From positions 845 through 64,844 of the IMG/VR virus record IMGVR_UViG_3300032038_000076: a stretch of DNA of 64,000 nucleotides. One strand, written 5' to 3'. The translations under genes were made by a program, and so were the position numbers. Origin of the DNA: a virus (lineage: Duplodnaviria > Caudoviricetes). Shown here one piece after another: positions 28,979-38,599 of the stretch (the first letter of the stretch is position 1; each line of letters starts with the position of its first letter). The notes under the pieces are model-generated. The model worked only from the letters and a program-made list of their open reading frames with translations, was not told the origin of the DNA and did no database searches.

Positions 28979-31252
28979 TCACCCTCCTTTAATTATTTCG
29001 TATTGATAAGTAATAGTAGCTGAAACTGGAACGCCTACTTCATTAGCATCTACATCCACTAAATACCATTTCCCACCTCTATAAATATATACATTATAAT
29101 CTTCTTTGGTTAATAAAGAATAATCAATAGTAGGTTCAAGTAATACTCCCTATTCTGTTACTGTTAATAGTCTTGACTAATTATTATAATCTACATAATC
29201 ATGTACAGCATTGGTTCTATTAATAATCATTCTATAAAGAGTATTTGTTCTTGGGGACTTAGGAAAATCTTCATAATAACCATCTGCATATGTTTTTACT
29301 ATGGCCTAATGTTTACCGCAAAAATAACAATCTTTAATATATTCATTAACGCCTTGTAATGATAATACTTTATTTGCTGTAAGAATCGAACGAGATGACG
29401 CTTCTTTATCATCTAGTTTTTGAATCTAAAAAATGGCTCTATCTGTTGAAGGTTTAACATCTATTTTTAATATATTTATTAAATTTTTATTAGTAGATGA
29501 AGAAATTCGATTATAAATTTTATTAAAAATAGAATCAAATGCTTCAAAGCTTGCAGTAAAACTACCTTTACCATATTCATGAAAATAATTATTGACAATA
29601 TTATATTTTTTATAATTATCAATAGTAGGCTCATTAATTTCTACCGCAGTCGCGCTAAATGAATATAACCGTCGTCCTAATTCATTCATAGGTTGTAAAT
29701 TAATGTCCATTAATTTAACTAATATATTTCCCTAAGTTAAAGAACGAAATAATTTTGCATCATATTTATAAAGAAAATTTTCAACCTATTGTCTAAATTC
29801 TCTTTCATAAATATAATCTTGATATATATTAATATTATTATTTTCATTATAATTATCATATAAAGATTTAGAATTTTTATATAATTCAAATTTTGATGTA
29901 AATGGTTCTGCAACAATAGCTGAATGGAAATTGTTATCATAATAATTTGGATTATACCAATCAGCATTGTCTATTAAAGAAGTAATTAAGCCACCTATTG
30001 AAAAAGTTCTATAAAAATTATTCCCATTTCTTTTAATGTAAGGGAACTGAGAGCCTAAAGTAACTTGTTGAGATTCCATTACATTATATCTTAAATTAGA
30101 TACGATAGGATTAAATTGAATCTTTAATTGTTTTGATCCATTTGTTAAAAACATATCTTCAAAAACACACATAATAGGCTAATCACTATCAACTAACTTC
30201 CCAATTCCGCCTGTCTATTGAATTCTATATTTATACCACACTCCACTTTCAATTGAAGTATCATACCATATGAAGCCAGATTGAGGGGTTGCAGCATGTG
30301 GAATAGTTTTTATAGTTTCCCATTGAGTAAAATTATTTCTAGAAGAAGATCTTCTTATTATTAAATCTTTATCAGTATATATTGAATTATGAAAAGCAAC
30401 GCTAATTTTAATTCTTCCATTGTCTTCATCTGCCTCAAATGAAGTTATAGCATCTAATAAGAAACTTCTTTGAAAATTAATTTTAAAATTAAAACTTATT
30501 GTATCAGTATATAAATTTTTTGTAGTATAGTTTAAAACTAAAATATAGTTTATATCATTTAATAAGTCATATTTTATTTCACAATTAATTTCATTTGGAT
30601 TATAACTGTTTGTATAAATCTAATTACTTGTAAATATTAAATTATTATTAGATATAATATCTTGATATATTTTTATATTATAACTTCTTAAATATTCTTG
30701 CTCTTTAACATTGTTATTATAATACATTTTACCTACAATTTCTGTTAAAGGAGCCTATAAAATTGTTACTCCACCTAAATCAAAATTCTAAATAGAGATA
30801 CGTGGCTGTTCAATTCCTTTAATTAAACATACAATAGACCATTCTGAAAAATAATCTTTATTATCAGATAACCAAGTATTTAATTTTGTTCCTGTAGATG
30901 GCGGATCTGCTGCTTCTGTAGATGTAAATCTTAATTGAACTTTATAAAATTGATTTAACTAAAATACACCATTTACTAAATCAGAAGGAGCAATCTAAAT
31001 ATAATATTTATAGTTATCTAAAACCGACTAATCCTATTTAATAGTTGTAATTTTAATACCAGATGGATATAAATTAGTTTTAAAAGCAGAAGCATTTGTC
31101 TTCTGATTAATTAAAGTTACCTGAACATTTTTAATATCTTTTATTTGATTAAAAGATGAAAGAGAAAAATGTATTTTACACGTTACTGATCTAATAAATG
31201 CAGGTATAACATCAGGTATTATAGGTGGATATAAATTAGAGACGATACTCAT
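28979..31252 (-). CDS. Distal tail/baseplate-like structural protein (757 aa)
   Basis: Track ORFs 31034, 29786 and 29426 in one frame; NLYPPI N-terminus; FRSLT*GNILVKLMD; stop TGA at 28979. Confidence 0.65.
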
Positions 31253-31284
31253 ATTTTATTCTCCTTTTATCTCTTTTATATTAA

Positions 31285-31779
31285 TTAATTACAATAAATT
31301 ACTTTATTCTATTGCGGCGGTTGTTTTGGTAAAGCTCTTAATTCATTCATAAAACCAGCTATAAATGAATTGCCGCCTTCATCTTCATAATGTTGGTAGC
31401 GTCTTTCAAGACAATTAAGACTGAAATCATCAATCCAGCCAACTTGATAACAAAAATAATGATGCTCTCTTGTGATATATGATTTTATGTCATCCTTATC
31501 TGAATCTATTAACATATCAATTTTTGCTGATAAATTTTGAAGAATTTTATCAGTTGCCTATTGATTATTCTTTAAAATAGCTATTGTCTAATTCTATTCT
31601 TGTAATTCTTGTCTTAATTCTTCCTTACTATTTAATTTAGTATGTTCATAATTGAAAATTTTTTTTATTTGTTCATAAGCCCACTCTAAAAAAGTAATAA
31701 AACTTTTTAAAGCTAAAACTAAAAAAATAGTAAAAATTAATATTTCAGATAAGGAATAGCGCTAGAGCAATTCTATCAT
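31285..31779 (-). CDS. Holin-like membrane protein (164 aa, 5 TAG)
   Basis: AGGAGG RBS; N-terminal TM helix, coiled coil, then SDKDDIKSYIT...YEDEGGNSFI. Confidence 0.55.
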
Positions 31780-31861
31780 ACACATTCCTCCTTAGATAAA
31801 AGATTTCTCTTACAATTATTATTAAAATTTTTATAAATCAATTATCCAAGTTAAGCCAAAA

Positions 31862-31890
31862 AAGAGGGTATGCATAACGCATACCCTCTT
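31862..31890 (-). terminator. Terminator after DUF2828
   Basis: aagagggtatgc-ataac-gcataccctctt hairpin followed by a U-tract on the minus strand. Confidence 0.8.
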
Positions 31891-31893
31891 AAA

Positions 31894-33414
31894 TCATGCG
31901 ATCACCGCTTTGTAACGGTCAGACATCAGCTTCTCTAACATGAGATCATATCCGTCCTTGCCGCTCAAAATAGTTTCAATCATGACTGGCGAAAAACCGC
32001 TGACATAACTAAATCCTTCACCAATGGCTGGAATATTATTATGTCTAGCATTAAGATTCCAGAAGATTACCTGTGGTAAATCATAACCTTCAGCTTTCCA
32101 CTGTTTCTTAATTTTTTCAAGATCAGAATTAACTTCATCAATAGAATCAACTGTCTTTCCGTAACTCCAACCCCATGTATTACGCTTCTGATGGGTATCA
32201 AAAGTTACGCAGCCATCAAATTCCATATCACTGAAAATATAAATTCTACTAGGCATATCTTCAACTTTGACATGTCTATTTTTTGCAGTTTTAAGTAACA
32301 TATCAAATACTGCCTGCAAATTAGTATTCATACCCCAATTTGCACTTTCACAACGATGGAATTTGTCAACAATATCAACGCCTTCAAATTTTACTAACTC
32401 AGGTCTTTCAGAAAAGGTAATAAAATGATTAGCAAAAGGTCCGTGTGATTTGTCTGCAATATATGCGCCCATAGAAACTGCGGCTTCCATTGGAGTTCCC
32501 GTCATAGAACCAGACACATCAATTATTGCAATACCATTCTCTTTTCTACCATTGTAAAAATCTTTCAAATTATCCCAATATTTCTGAAGCATTAATCGTG
32601 TAGGATCATCAATAGAAACCAAATGATTATTCATTCGAAAAGCTTTATGAGCAACATCATGCGGATAAAGAACTTCTGCATTTACTTTTGTATCTTTATT
32701 CTTTGCAAATTCTTCATATTTCTTAGCTAAGATGTCGCGGCGAGCAAAGGCGTTTCGATATATAATACCAGCCCTAGAAGGAATTTTATCAAATTCGATT
32801 TTATCCCACTCACCTGCGCTCATAAGACGTTCAAGAACATTGATGCGTTCACGTAAAATAGAAAGAGTCTTACGATAATTACGACTCGTCATCCCAAGAT
32901 ATTTAGCGAGTTTGCGACCAAGTCGCTTAGTTTCAGAATTAGACGCATTCTGTGAAGGCATCCATTTAGCTAATAGTGAAGGTGTTTTACATTCAAGATC
33001 AAGAGCAAGCTGATGTTTAATAATATTAAAGGCTGCGGATTCGGCACCAGTCCCCTCCGTCGAATAAATAAGATCATCCCAACGACCATACTCGCTTACA
33101 TTGTTAAGATTCTTAATAGCAATCGTTGGATAATTTCTGCATAACCAGCGAAATGCGACTCTAAAGAATCGCCGCTCTCCCTGCCCTCCGCGTACATCTC
33201 TGAGATAGAACAGGCATTTCATAGCAAGATCTGGATTTTCTTCAAAAGCATTTTTAAACAACAGTATAACATCTTCATCTGATCTCTGCCGATATGCGCC
33301 GCCAACCGCAAACATATCAAGTACTTTAGACTCGGTCGTTTTTCTGGTCACGCCGCCATTTTCTGTGTAAGTAAGATTATCATTTTTAATCATCTGATTA
33401 AGAAAAGTATTCAT
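31894..33414 (-). CDS. DUF2828 family protein (TROVE-like plus vWA, Ro60-like; 506 aa, no TAG)
   Basis: TENGG, FYLRDVRGGQGER, YGRWDDL, AKWMP, IDVSGSM (MIDAS), IFSDMEFD, FWNL. Confidence 0.85.
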   Translation of the reverse strand: MNTFLNQMIKNDNLTYTENGGVTRKTTESKVLDMFAVGGAYRQRSDEDVILLFKNAFEENPDLAMKCLFYLRDVRGGQGERRFFRVAFRWLCRNYPTIAIKNLNNVSEYGRWDDLIYSTEGTGAESAAFNIIKHQLALDLECKTPSLLAKWMPSQNASNSETKRLGRKLAKYLGMTSRNYRKTLSILRERINVLERLMSAGEWDKIEFDKIPSRAGIIYRNAFARRDILAKKYEEFAKNKDTKVNAEVLYPHDVAHKAFRMNNHLVSIDDPTRLMLQKYWDNLKDFYNGRKENGIAIIDVSGSMTGTPMEAAVSMGAYIADKSHGPFANHFITFSERPELVKFEGVDIVDKFHRCESANWGMNTNLQAVFDMLLKTAKNRHVKVEDMPSRIYIFSDMEFDGCVTFDTHQKRNTWGWSYGKTVDSIDEVNSDLEKIKKQWKAEGYDLPQVIFWNLNARHNNIPAIGEGFSYVSGFSPVMIETILSGKDGYDLMLEKLMSDRYKAVIA

Positions 33415-33438
33415 ATCCTTTTATCTCCTTTACTTTTG

Positions 33439-33810
33439 TCAAAGTAATTCGTCATTACAATATTTTTCAATAAAACCTTCAGGATCGTCATAAAGCCATT
33501 TTTCAAGAGTATCTATATCATACTCTTTTATAATATTAGACTTTATTTTCCAAATTTCATAAGCAACATTTTCATTATAAATATCATAACGAAGTTCTTC
33601 AATATCATCTTCGCTCATATTTTCATCCGTAAAAGCTTCAACATCATTTTCTAATTCATCAATAATAAAGCTATAAAAATTCATAACATCTAAAGAAAGT
33701 TCTCTTGCTTCTTCAATGGCTTCTTCTTCTGTCCCTGTACTGATAGCCCAATCTTCTATCCCATGATATCCACCATATTTTTCTTCAAAAGCATGAATTA
33801 CATACCACAT
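33439..33810 (-). CDS. Acidic hypothetical protein (123 aa)
   Basis: Open ORF with AAGGAG RBS. Confidence 0.7.
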   Translation of the reverse strand: MWYVIHAFEEKYGGYHGIEDWAISTGTEEEAIEEARELSLDVMNFYSFIIDELENDVEAFTDENMSEDDIEELRYDIYNENVAYEIWKIKSNIIKEYDIDTLEKWLYDDPEGFIEKYCNDELL

Positions 33811-33834
33811 TATATGAGTCTCCTTTTTTAAATA

Positions 33835-33989
33835 TATATGGGATAAGGATTTGCACCTTATATGCTAATTCAATTAGGTTCTGTTCGGAACACATTAGCA
33901 ATCCATCCTCGTCTTTACGATTTCCTCACAGTATCATTATTTACTGTTACTACCTACATTGCTGCGTCTACCTTTTCCGCCACCCATAT
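33835..33989 (-). ncRNA. Expanded tRNA-like RNA (155 nt) with inserts in the anticodon and variable arms
   Basis: Acceptor ATATGGG/CCCATAT+A; D region GGCGGAAAAGGTAGACGC; AGCAAT/ATTGCT stem enclosing about 57 nt; T arm ATAAGG-TGCAAAT-CCTTAT. Confidence 0.7.
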
Positions 33990-34028
33990 ATTATTTATTT
34001 ATTATAAATATATTATAACAAAAATTTT

Positions 34029-34376
34029 TTATAAAGTCAATTTATCTACTTTTTTCCAACGACCATTACCATTTTCTTCATATCTGACCCAAATACCAGG
34101 AGAAGTAATAAAATCATACCATTCACACCAGCCGCAATACTCAGCTAACCAAATGAAATCTTTAAATTCTTTTTCATCATGAAGAATGACTTTTTCACTA
34201 TAATTATAATATTTTTCGTTTAAGAGATCATCTAAATCAAATCCTAATGTTATATTATCTTTTGTGTAGATAAGAACATTTTCTAAATTTAAATGTTCCT
34301 TTTTTTCTTCATAAAAAAGACAATCATATTCATTATCAAAAATAGTTCCATCATCTGCTTCATAAAGAATATTCAT
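34029..34376 (-). CDS. Hypothetical protein (115 aa)
   Basis: AAGGAG RBS; true start MNILYEADDG inside the track ORF. Confidence 0.65.
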   Translation of the reverse strand: MNILYEADDGTIFDNEYDCLFYEEKKEHLNLENVLIYTKDNITLGFDLDDLLNEKYYNYSEKVILHDEKEFKDFIWLAEYCGWCEWYDFITSPGIWVRYEENGNGRWKKVDKLTL

Positions 34377-34386
34377 ATTATTCTCC

Positions 34387-34791
34387 TTACCAATCACTGT
34401 ATACATCCAATATTCCATGCGGGCAGCCGGTGTCATATACCTTCCCGCGATACCCAAAAGGTGTTTCAACCACCGTATATGGCGGTAAATCAACCGATGC
34501 TAAAATTATATATCCATCCGCATCGCATACAAAACCATCTGAATTAACATGTCTACCTTCAACAGGAGTTGAAGTCTAGCCAGGAAACATACTTAGAGTA
34601 TAATATGTCCAAGTCCAGCCGCCCCAATCTATCATTCCTTGATATTGAAATTCTGCTATGCTTATTTCTCTTGGCAGACTTACTTCATCATTGATTATAT
34701 GCTAATAATTTTTAACATTCTAATTATAACAATAGTTAAGATGAATGGGGAATATAATAAAGAAGCATGCTAATAATATTAATAGATTCAT
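34387..34791 (-). CDS. Membrane/secreted protein with 3D-domain-like C-terminus (134 aa, 3 TAG)
   Basis: GGAGG RBS; hydrophobic N-terminus; ETPFGYRGKVYDTGC...ILDVY. Confidence 0.55.
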
Positions 34792-34804
34792 ATTTAAACC
34801 TCCA

Positions 34805-35572
34805 TTATATATCTTTTGAATCTTTTAGATTATAATGGCGGGTGACCGTAGAAATAAATATCGAGTCTTTTCCAGATGGAAGATTAGATCCTAAAAGCAT
34901 TGTACCATCTTTTTTAAAGGTAATACCTTCAAGCTCATATTTACCTGCGGTAGCTTTTTTACTTAAATAAATAACATCAGGTTCTGTTGCGTATATGCCG
35001 CTTTTTAATATTACATTTGATTGATAATCTTGATTTGTGAAAACCACATAAATTGATTTGCTATTTGAATTATAGGCCATACCTTGAGATATTGTATATC
35101 CTTGATTAGCTTTTGTATTATTCACAGTCCAGCTATTTAATTCAATTAATCTTGAGCCTTCGCGCTGTACGATAGCAATCTTATATGTGGCACCCGCTTC
35201 ACATAAAACAAAAAACTTATTATTCTTATAATGTGCTATTGCATTAATATGTAAATTACAATCGAGTCTAGTAAATTCCCAAGTCTATGTAGATATTAAA
35301 CCACAAAAATTACTACATGGAGCAATATATAACTAATTATTGTAATAAGCCATATCATTTCCATGTAGTAAACAGTCTTTATATTTATGAGTTATATGTT
35401 TTGTTTTGGTATAATTCTAATAAACAGAAATTGCGGAGACTCGATTGTTACGTTTAGTTTTTATTGTATATAGTTTGTTATCAACTATCTACAAACTACC
35501 AAAATTTGTGCATTGACCAGAATTTTTAATTTGAATTCCTTTTTGCTACTAAAGTTTTATAGTCATAATCAT
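34805..35572 (-). CDS. Beta-propeller-like protein (255 aa, multiple TAG)
   Basis: HGNDMAY, SQGMAY and ELEGITF blade-like motifs; extends track ORF 34805 through TAGs. Confidence 0.55.
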
Positions 35573-35592
35573 CACTCCTTTTTTATTATGAC

Positions 35593-35666
35593 CAGCCCAG
35601 GCTGGATTCGAACCAGCGAAAATGCAGGAGTCAAAGTCCTGTGCCTTACCACTTGGCGACTGGGCT
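35593..35666 (-). tRNA. trnQ: tRNA-Gln(UUG)
   Basis: Cloverleaf, loop CT-TTG-AC, A1-U72, G73. Confidence 0.9.
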
Positions 35667-35674
35667 ATATAAAA

Positions 35675-35787
35675 CAAGACACATAGTTATGCATTGATCT
35701 TCCAATTGATCGACATTTCTATCAAAGAAATGATGGGATTCGAACCCACAATATCTTGCGATATAGCATTTTGCTGAATGTGTCTTT
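35675..35787 (-). ncRNA. CAGCAA-stem RNA E1: circularly permuted tRNA mimic (YrlA-like architecture)
   Basis: Terminal stem aagacacat/atgtgtctt; order T arm, loop-closed 7-bp acceptor-like stem, D-like arm. Confidence 0.7.
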
Positions 35788-35789
35788 AA

Positions 35790-35860
35790 TCGAAATAGTG
35801 CGACTCGAACGCCTCCTCTTCATCCCAAATGAAGTGTGCTACCATTACACTACTATCTCG
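35790..35860 (-). tRNA. trnP: tRNA-Pro(UGG), atypical T stem
   Basis: CTTCA-TT TGG GA-TGAAG anticodon arm; C1-G72, A73. Confidence 0.75.
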
Positions 35861-35864
35861 TTAA

Positions 35865-35956
35865 CAAGGGACTCTATAATGTTTTAATATATATATTAAT
35901 TAAACTTCAAAAATTTTAATTAAATCATTCTGTAAAATATTGCTGTTTGTCCCTTT
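35865..35956 (-). ncRNA. CAGCAA-stem RNA E2
   Basis: aagggac-aaacagcaa...gtccctt; begins just after a sigmaA promoter. Confidence 0.6.
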
Positions 35957-35994
35957 ATCTTATAAATATATTATATCAAAATTTTTTTAAAAAA

Positions 35995-36162
35995 TCAAGT
36001 ATTAGCTTTATTATCATTAGAAATATGAACTTCAAAAGTAGAAGGTAAATTTAAACCTTTTATATTAATTATTTGTCCATAATCATATTGATATAATTTT
36101 CTTGTGATGGACTATCTTCCGCCATTACTAAAATTGGCAGTAATTATATTAATTCCCATCAT
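35995..36162 (-). pseudogene. Truncated BppU-like (baseplate upper protein) N-terminal fragment (55 aa)
   Basis: TRKLYQYDYGQIINIKGLNLPSTFEVHISN, then TGA. Confidence 0.5.
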
Positions 36163-36246
36163 TTTTCCTTCCTTATTTTTATATTAAAAAATGAATTGAA
36201 TTTATTAATTAATTCAATCCATTACATTTTTATATTTAATTAAGAC

Positions 36247-36789
36247 TTAGGGCCATTCTCCAAGTGGCTTCCCTAACTTACGTTCTACATCTGTACAATA
36301 GCAAACACAACCACCTGTATAATGCATATCTTTAAAAACTTCTGCGGCAATGTCCTGATAAAGGGTACTAACAACTCCATGAGGATCATTTAAATTATCA
36401 TTGAAGAACTGAACCACGCAATTTTTAAATACAACATATGTAAAATCAATCCACTGATATCCCTCTTGAGCTGGAGCCACACAATATGCAAATGCAGGAT
36501 TCTTTTCAAAAGCAACTTCAAATAATTCTTTTGCAGATGTAAAAGCTCTATTACTAAATGGACCGTCGATATTAATTGTTAATATAACATTGCCAAACAT
36601 TTTTGTTGGCGGAAGAAGAATTGCAAGAGCAGTTGCTTTATCTCCATTATTTGTTGCAAGAGTAATTGAAGGTTCAGAAGCACTCCAATTAATATTACAA
36701 GCAATTTGCGGGTCTCCGTCAAAAAGTGCCTGAATCTAGTTCATATAAGTAATCCAAGGCGGCGCAAGTTTAAGTCTTACGTTATTCAT
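36247..36789 (-). CDS. Conserved phage hypothetical protein (180 aa, 1 TAG)
   Basis: AAGGAG RBS; LAPPWITYMN*IQALFDGDP extends track ORF 36247. Confidence 0.75.
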
Positions 36790-37010
36790 TTATTTATCTC
36801 CTTTTTACATGTAAAAATAAAATAATATCATTAAAAAAGCCAGATGAGGATATTCTACTTATAGCTATTAGCTTCACTACTTTCCAATCCACCATTATCA
36901 TCTCTCTGGCAGAGACTGTTTACTTATCGTGGTTAACTCACGCCTGTTGACTAGATAATACTATTTCAAATATTACCATACCTAGGTTACTATATGTCAA
37001 CTTAGGATAA

Positions 37011-37094
37011 TGCGGCTGGCGGGATTTGAACCCGCATGGTATCTCTACCGAGGGATTTTAAGTCCCTTGCGCCTACCTGTTTCGCCACAGCCGC
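37011..37094 (-). tRNA. trnL: tRNA-Leu(UAA)
   Basis: AGGGA-CT TAA AA-TCCCT, long variable arm. Confidence 0.92.
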
Positions 37095-37100
37095 AAATAA

Positions 37101-37173
37101 TACTCGATGTTGGACTTGAACCAACGACTTCGACTTTGTAAGAATCGCATTCTCCCAGCTGAATTAATCGAGC
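37101..37173 (-). tRNA. trnV: tRNA-Val(UAC)
   Basis: CGATT-CT TAC AA-AGTCG. Confidence 0.85.
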
Positions 37174-37309
37174 CTATAGGTAGTTTCCATCTCTGCTCGC
37201 TGAAACTACCAAACCTGAGGATCTTCCATTGTGTACACGGAATATAATTAGTTTAATGTCATAATTTATTAATGGTTGTGTCAAAACTAATAAAGATGCA
37301 ACCAGAAAA

Positions 37310-37382
37310 TGGAGTCAGAGAGAATCGAACTCTCGGCCTCATCCTTGCAAAGGATGTGCTCTCCCAATTGAGCTATGACCTC
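37310..37382 (-). tRNA. trnA: tRNA-Ala(UGC)
   Basis: CATCC-TT TGC AA-GGATG; G3.U70. Confidence 0.88.
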
Positions 37383-37454
37383 TTATGAAACTCTCCAAGC
37401 GTCTCAAATCCTTAATCTATTAATTATAAGTCAATTGCGCCACAGCCGCAAATT

Positions 37455-37566
37455 CAAGTCACATTTTTAAGTCTGGATTCGAACCAGAAATGTCTATTTT
37501 TCAGATAGATGCCTTAACCGTTTGGCTACTCTCGGAAGGACCGAGTAAAATTGCTGTATGTGACTT
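37455..37566 (-). ncRNA. CAGCAA-stem RNA E3 carrying a tRNA-Phe(GAA)-like core
   Basis: aagtcacat-acagcaa...atgtgactt enclosing D arm, TCTAT-CT GAA AA-ATAGA and a T arm. Confidence 0.7.
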
Positions 37567-37579
37567 ATTTATATTTTTA

Positions 37580-37709
37580 CAAGACCATAACGAGGTTTTT
37601 AGTTGAGTAATAGAGTTACAAAATTTCCTCGTCCACTAAATCTACTCCATCAGGTGTTAGCCGACCTTTCTATTCCAACTGTCGTATGTGATTGGCTGGA
37701 ATGGTCTTT
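37580..37709 (-). ncRNA. CAGCAA-stem RNA E3b (variant ccagccaa)
   Basis: aagaccat-tccagccaa...atggtcttg. Confidence 0.5.
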
Positions 37710-37718
37710 ATTTATTTA

Positions 37719-37789
37719 AGTAACTGAAGGGATTTGAACCCTCACCATAACTTTGGAAAAGTTATATGCTACCATTACACTACAATTAC
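37719..37789 (-). tRNA. trnG: tRNA-Gly(UCC)
   Basis: TAACT-TT TCC AA-AGTTA; U73. Confidence 0.9.
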
Positions 37790-37906
37790 ACGCGTACCGC
37801 CGCAGTGATTAACGAGATGCTTCGCGGTTTTCCTGGGTTTCATTCTCGAAGAAAGAGATGGGTGATCAAATCCTTATAAGCGATCTCTTACTTAGTCCTC
37901 GCTTCG

Positions 37907-38431
37907 TGGGCCGTGATGGAGTTGCACCACCCGAGTCAATTGACAACGCATTTATTCCTGGTTCGAGAATTGAACTCGATATTGAAAAGTTTGAAATCCT
38001 TGATTATTTTTTGTTGGTTCAAAACGTAAAGTAATTTGTTTCCTATTACCAGCTTCAATAATATCTTTTACTGGAATATTCCACATATTTAATTCGTTAT
38101 CCACACAAAATAAATAATCAAGCTCAAGATGATTGAAAATATTATCATATTCTGTACCTTTTGTTCCGCCACTTGATCTTAAGCTAATAGTTTTATCTTC
38201 AGTAGCAGTAGCTTTACATTGAACAGTATAAAATTTATTATCTTTTTCAATCACCAAATCATACCATTGAGTGTCATTCATTGGAATGGAAATAGTATAT
38301 TTATTAATTGTAAAATAATTAATAGCCATACTTAATCCTAATCTTCCCAACTATTTACGGTTAATTTTACTCATTTTCAAATCACCTATCCAGACCAGTG
38401 CGCCCCGCTACTACTTACGGTATAACGACCC
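37907..38431 (-). tRNA. trnY: Split tRNA, probably Tyr(GUA): 5' exon 38396-38431, 3' exon 37907-37954, 441-nt insertion
   Basis: GGGTCGT/ACGGCCC+A acceptor, GCGCA/TGCGT anticodon stem, long variable arm; loop CTG|TAAA. Confidence 0.75.
37952..38374 (-). mobile_element. PD-(D/E)XK (PDDEXK_5/I-Ssp6803I-like) homing-type endonuclease ORF inside the tRNA (140 aa, 1 TAG at codon 8)
   Basis: SIPMNDTQWYDLVIEKD...VQCKAT...LDYLFCV; ATG at 38374. Confidence 0.8.
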
Positions 38432-38440
38432 AAATAAAAA

Positions 38441-38524
38441 CAAGATACATTCAAAGGGTTTGAACCTTTTTAATTATTTTAGCCTAAATAATTTTTATCC
38501 TCCGAAATTGCTGTATGTATCTTT
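38441..38524 (-). ncRNA. CAGCAA-stem RNA E4 with degenerate tRNA-like core
   Basis: aagatacat-acagcaa...atgtatctt; internal hairpin and T arm AAAGG-TTCAAAC-CCTTT. Confidence 0.65.
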
Positions 38525-38525
38525 A

Positions 38526-38596
38526 AGCCCCCACCCCGACTTGAACGGGGATTGAGTGATTACAAGTCACTTCGCCTACCATTAGCGGATAAGGGC
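38526..38596 (-). tRNA. trnT: tRNA-Thr(UGU)
   Basis: AGTGA-CT TGT AA-TCACT. Confidence 0.9.
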
Positions 38597-38599
38597 AAC

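Noticed and set aside
1-31779. Fragmented structural genes as pseudogenes or G>T sequencing artefacts
   Set aside because: Interruptions are exclusively TAG and stay in frame. Random G>T damage would convert the far commoner GAA to TAA, which is not seen, and a CUA tRNA is present.
37600-37670. Hammerhead ribozyme in E3b (ctgatgg...gaggaaa)
   Set aside because: The core deviates from CUGANGA/GAAA and stem II is not supported.
37955-38395. Classical group I intron in the split tRNA
   Set aside because: Only about 21 nt lie outside the ORF and no P7/P3-P9 core motifs were recognised.
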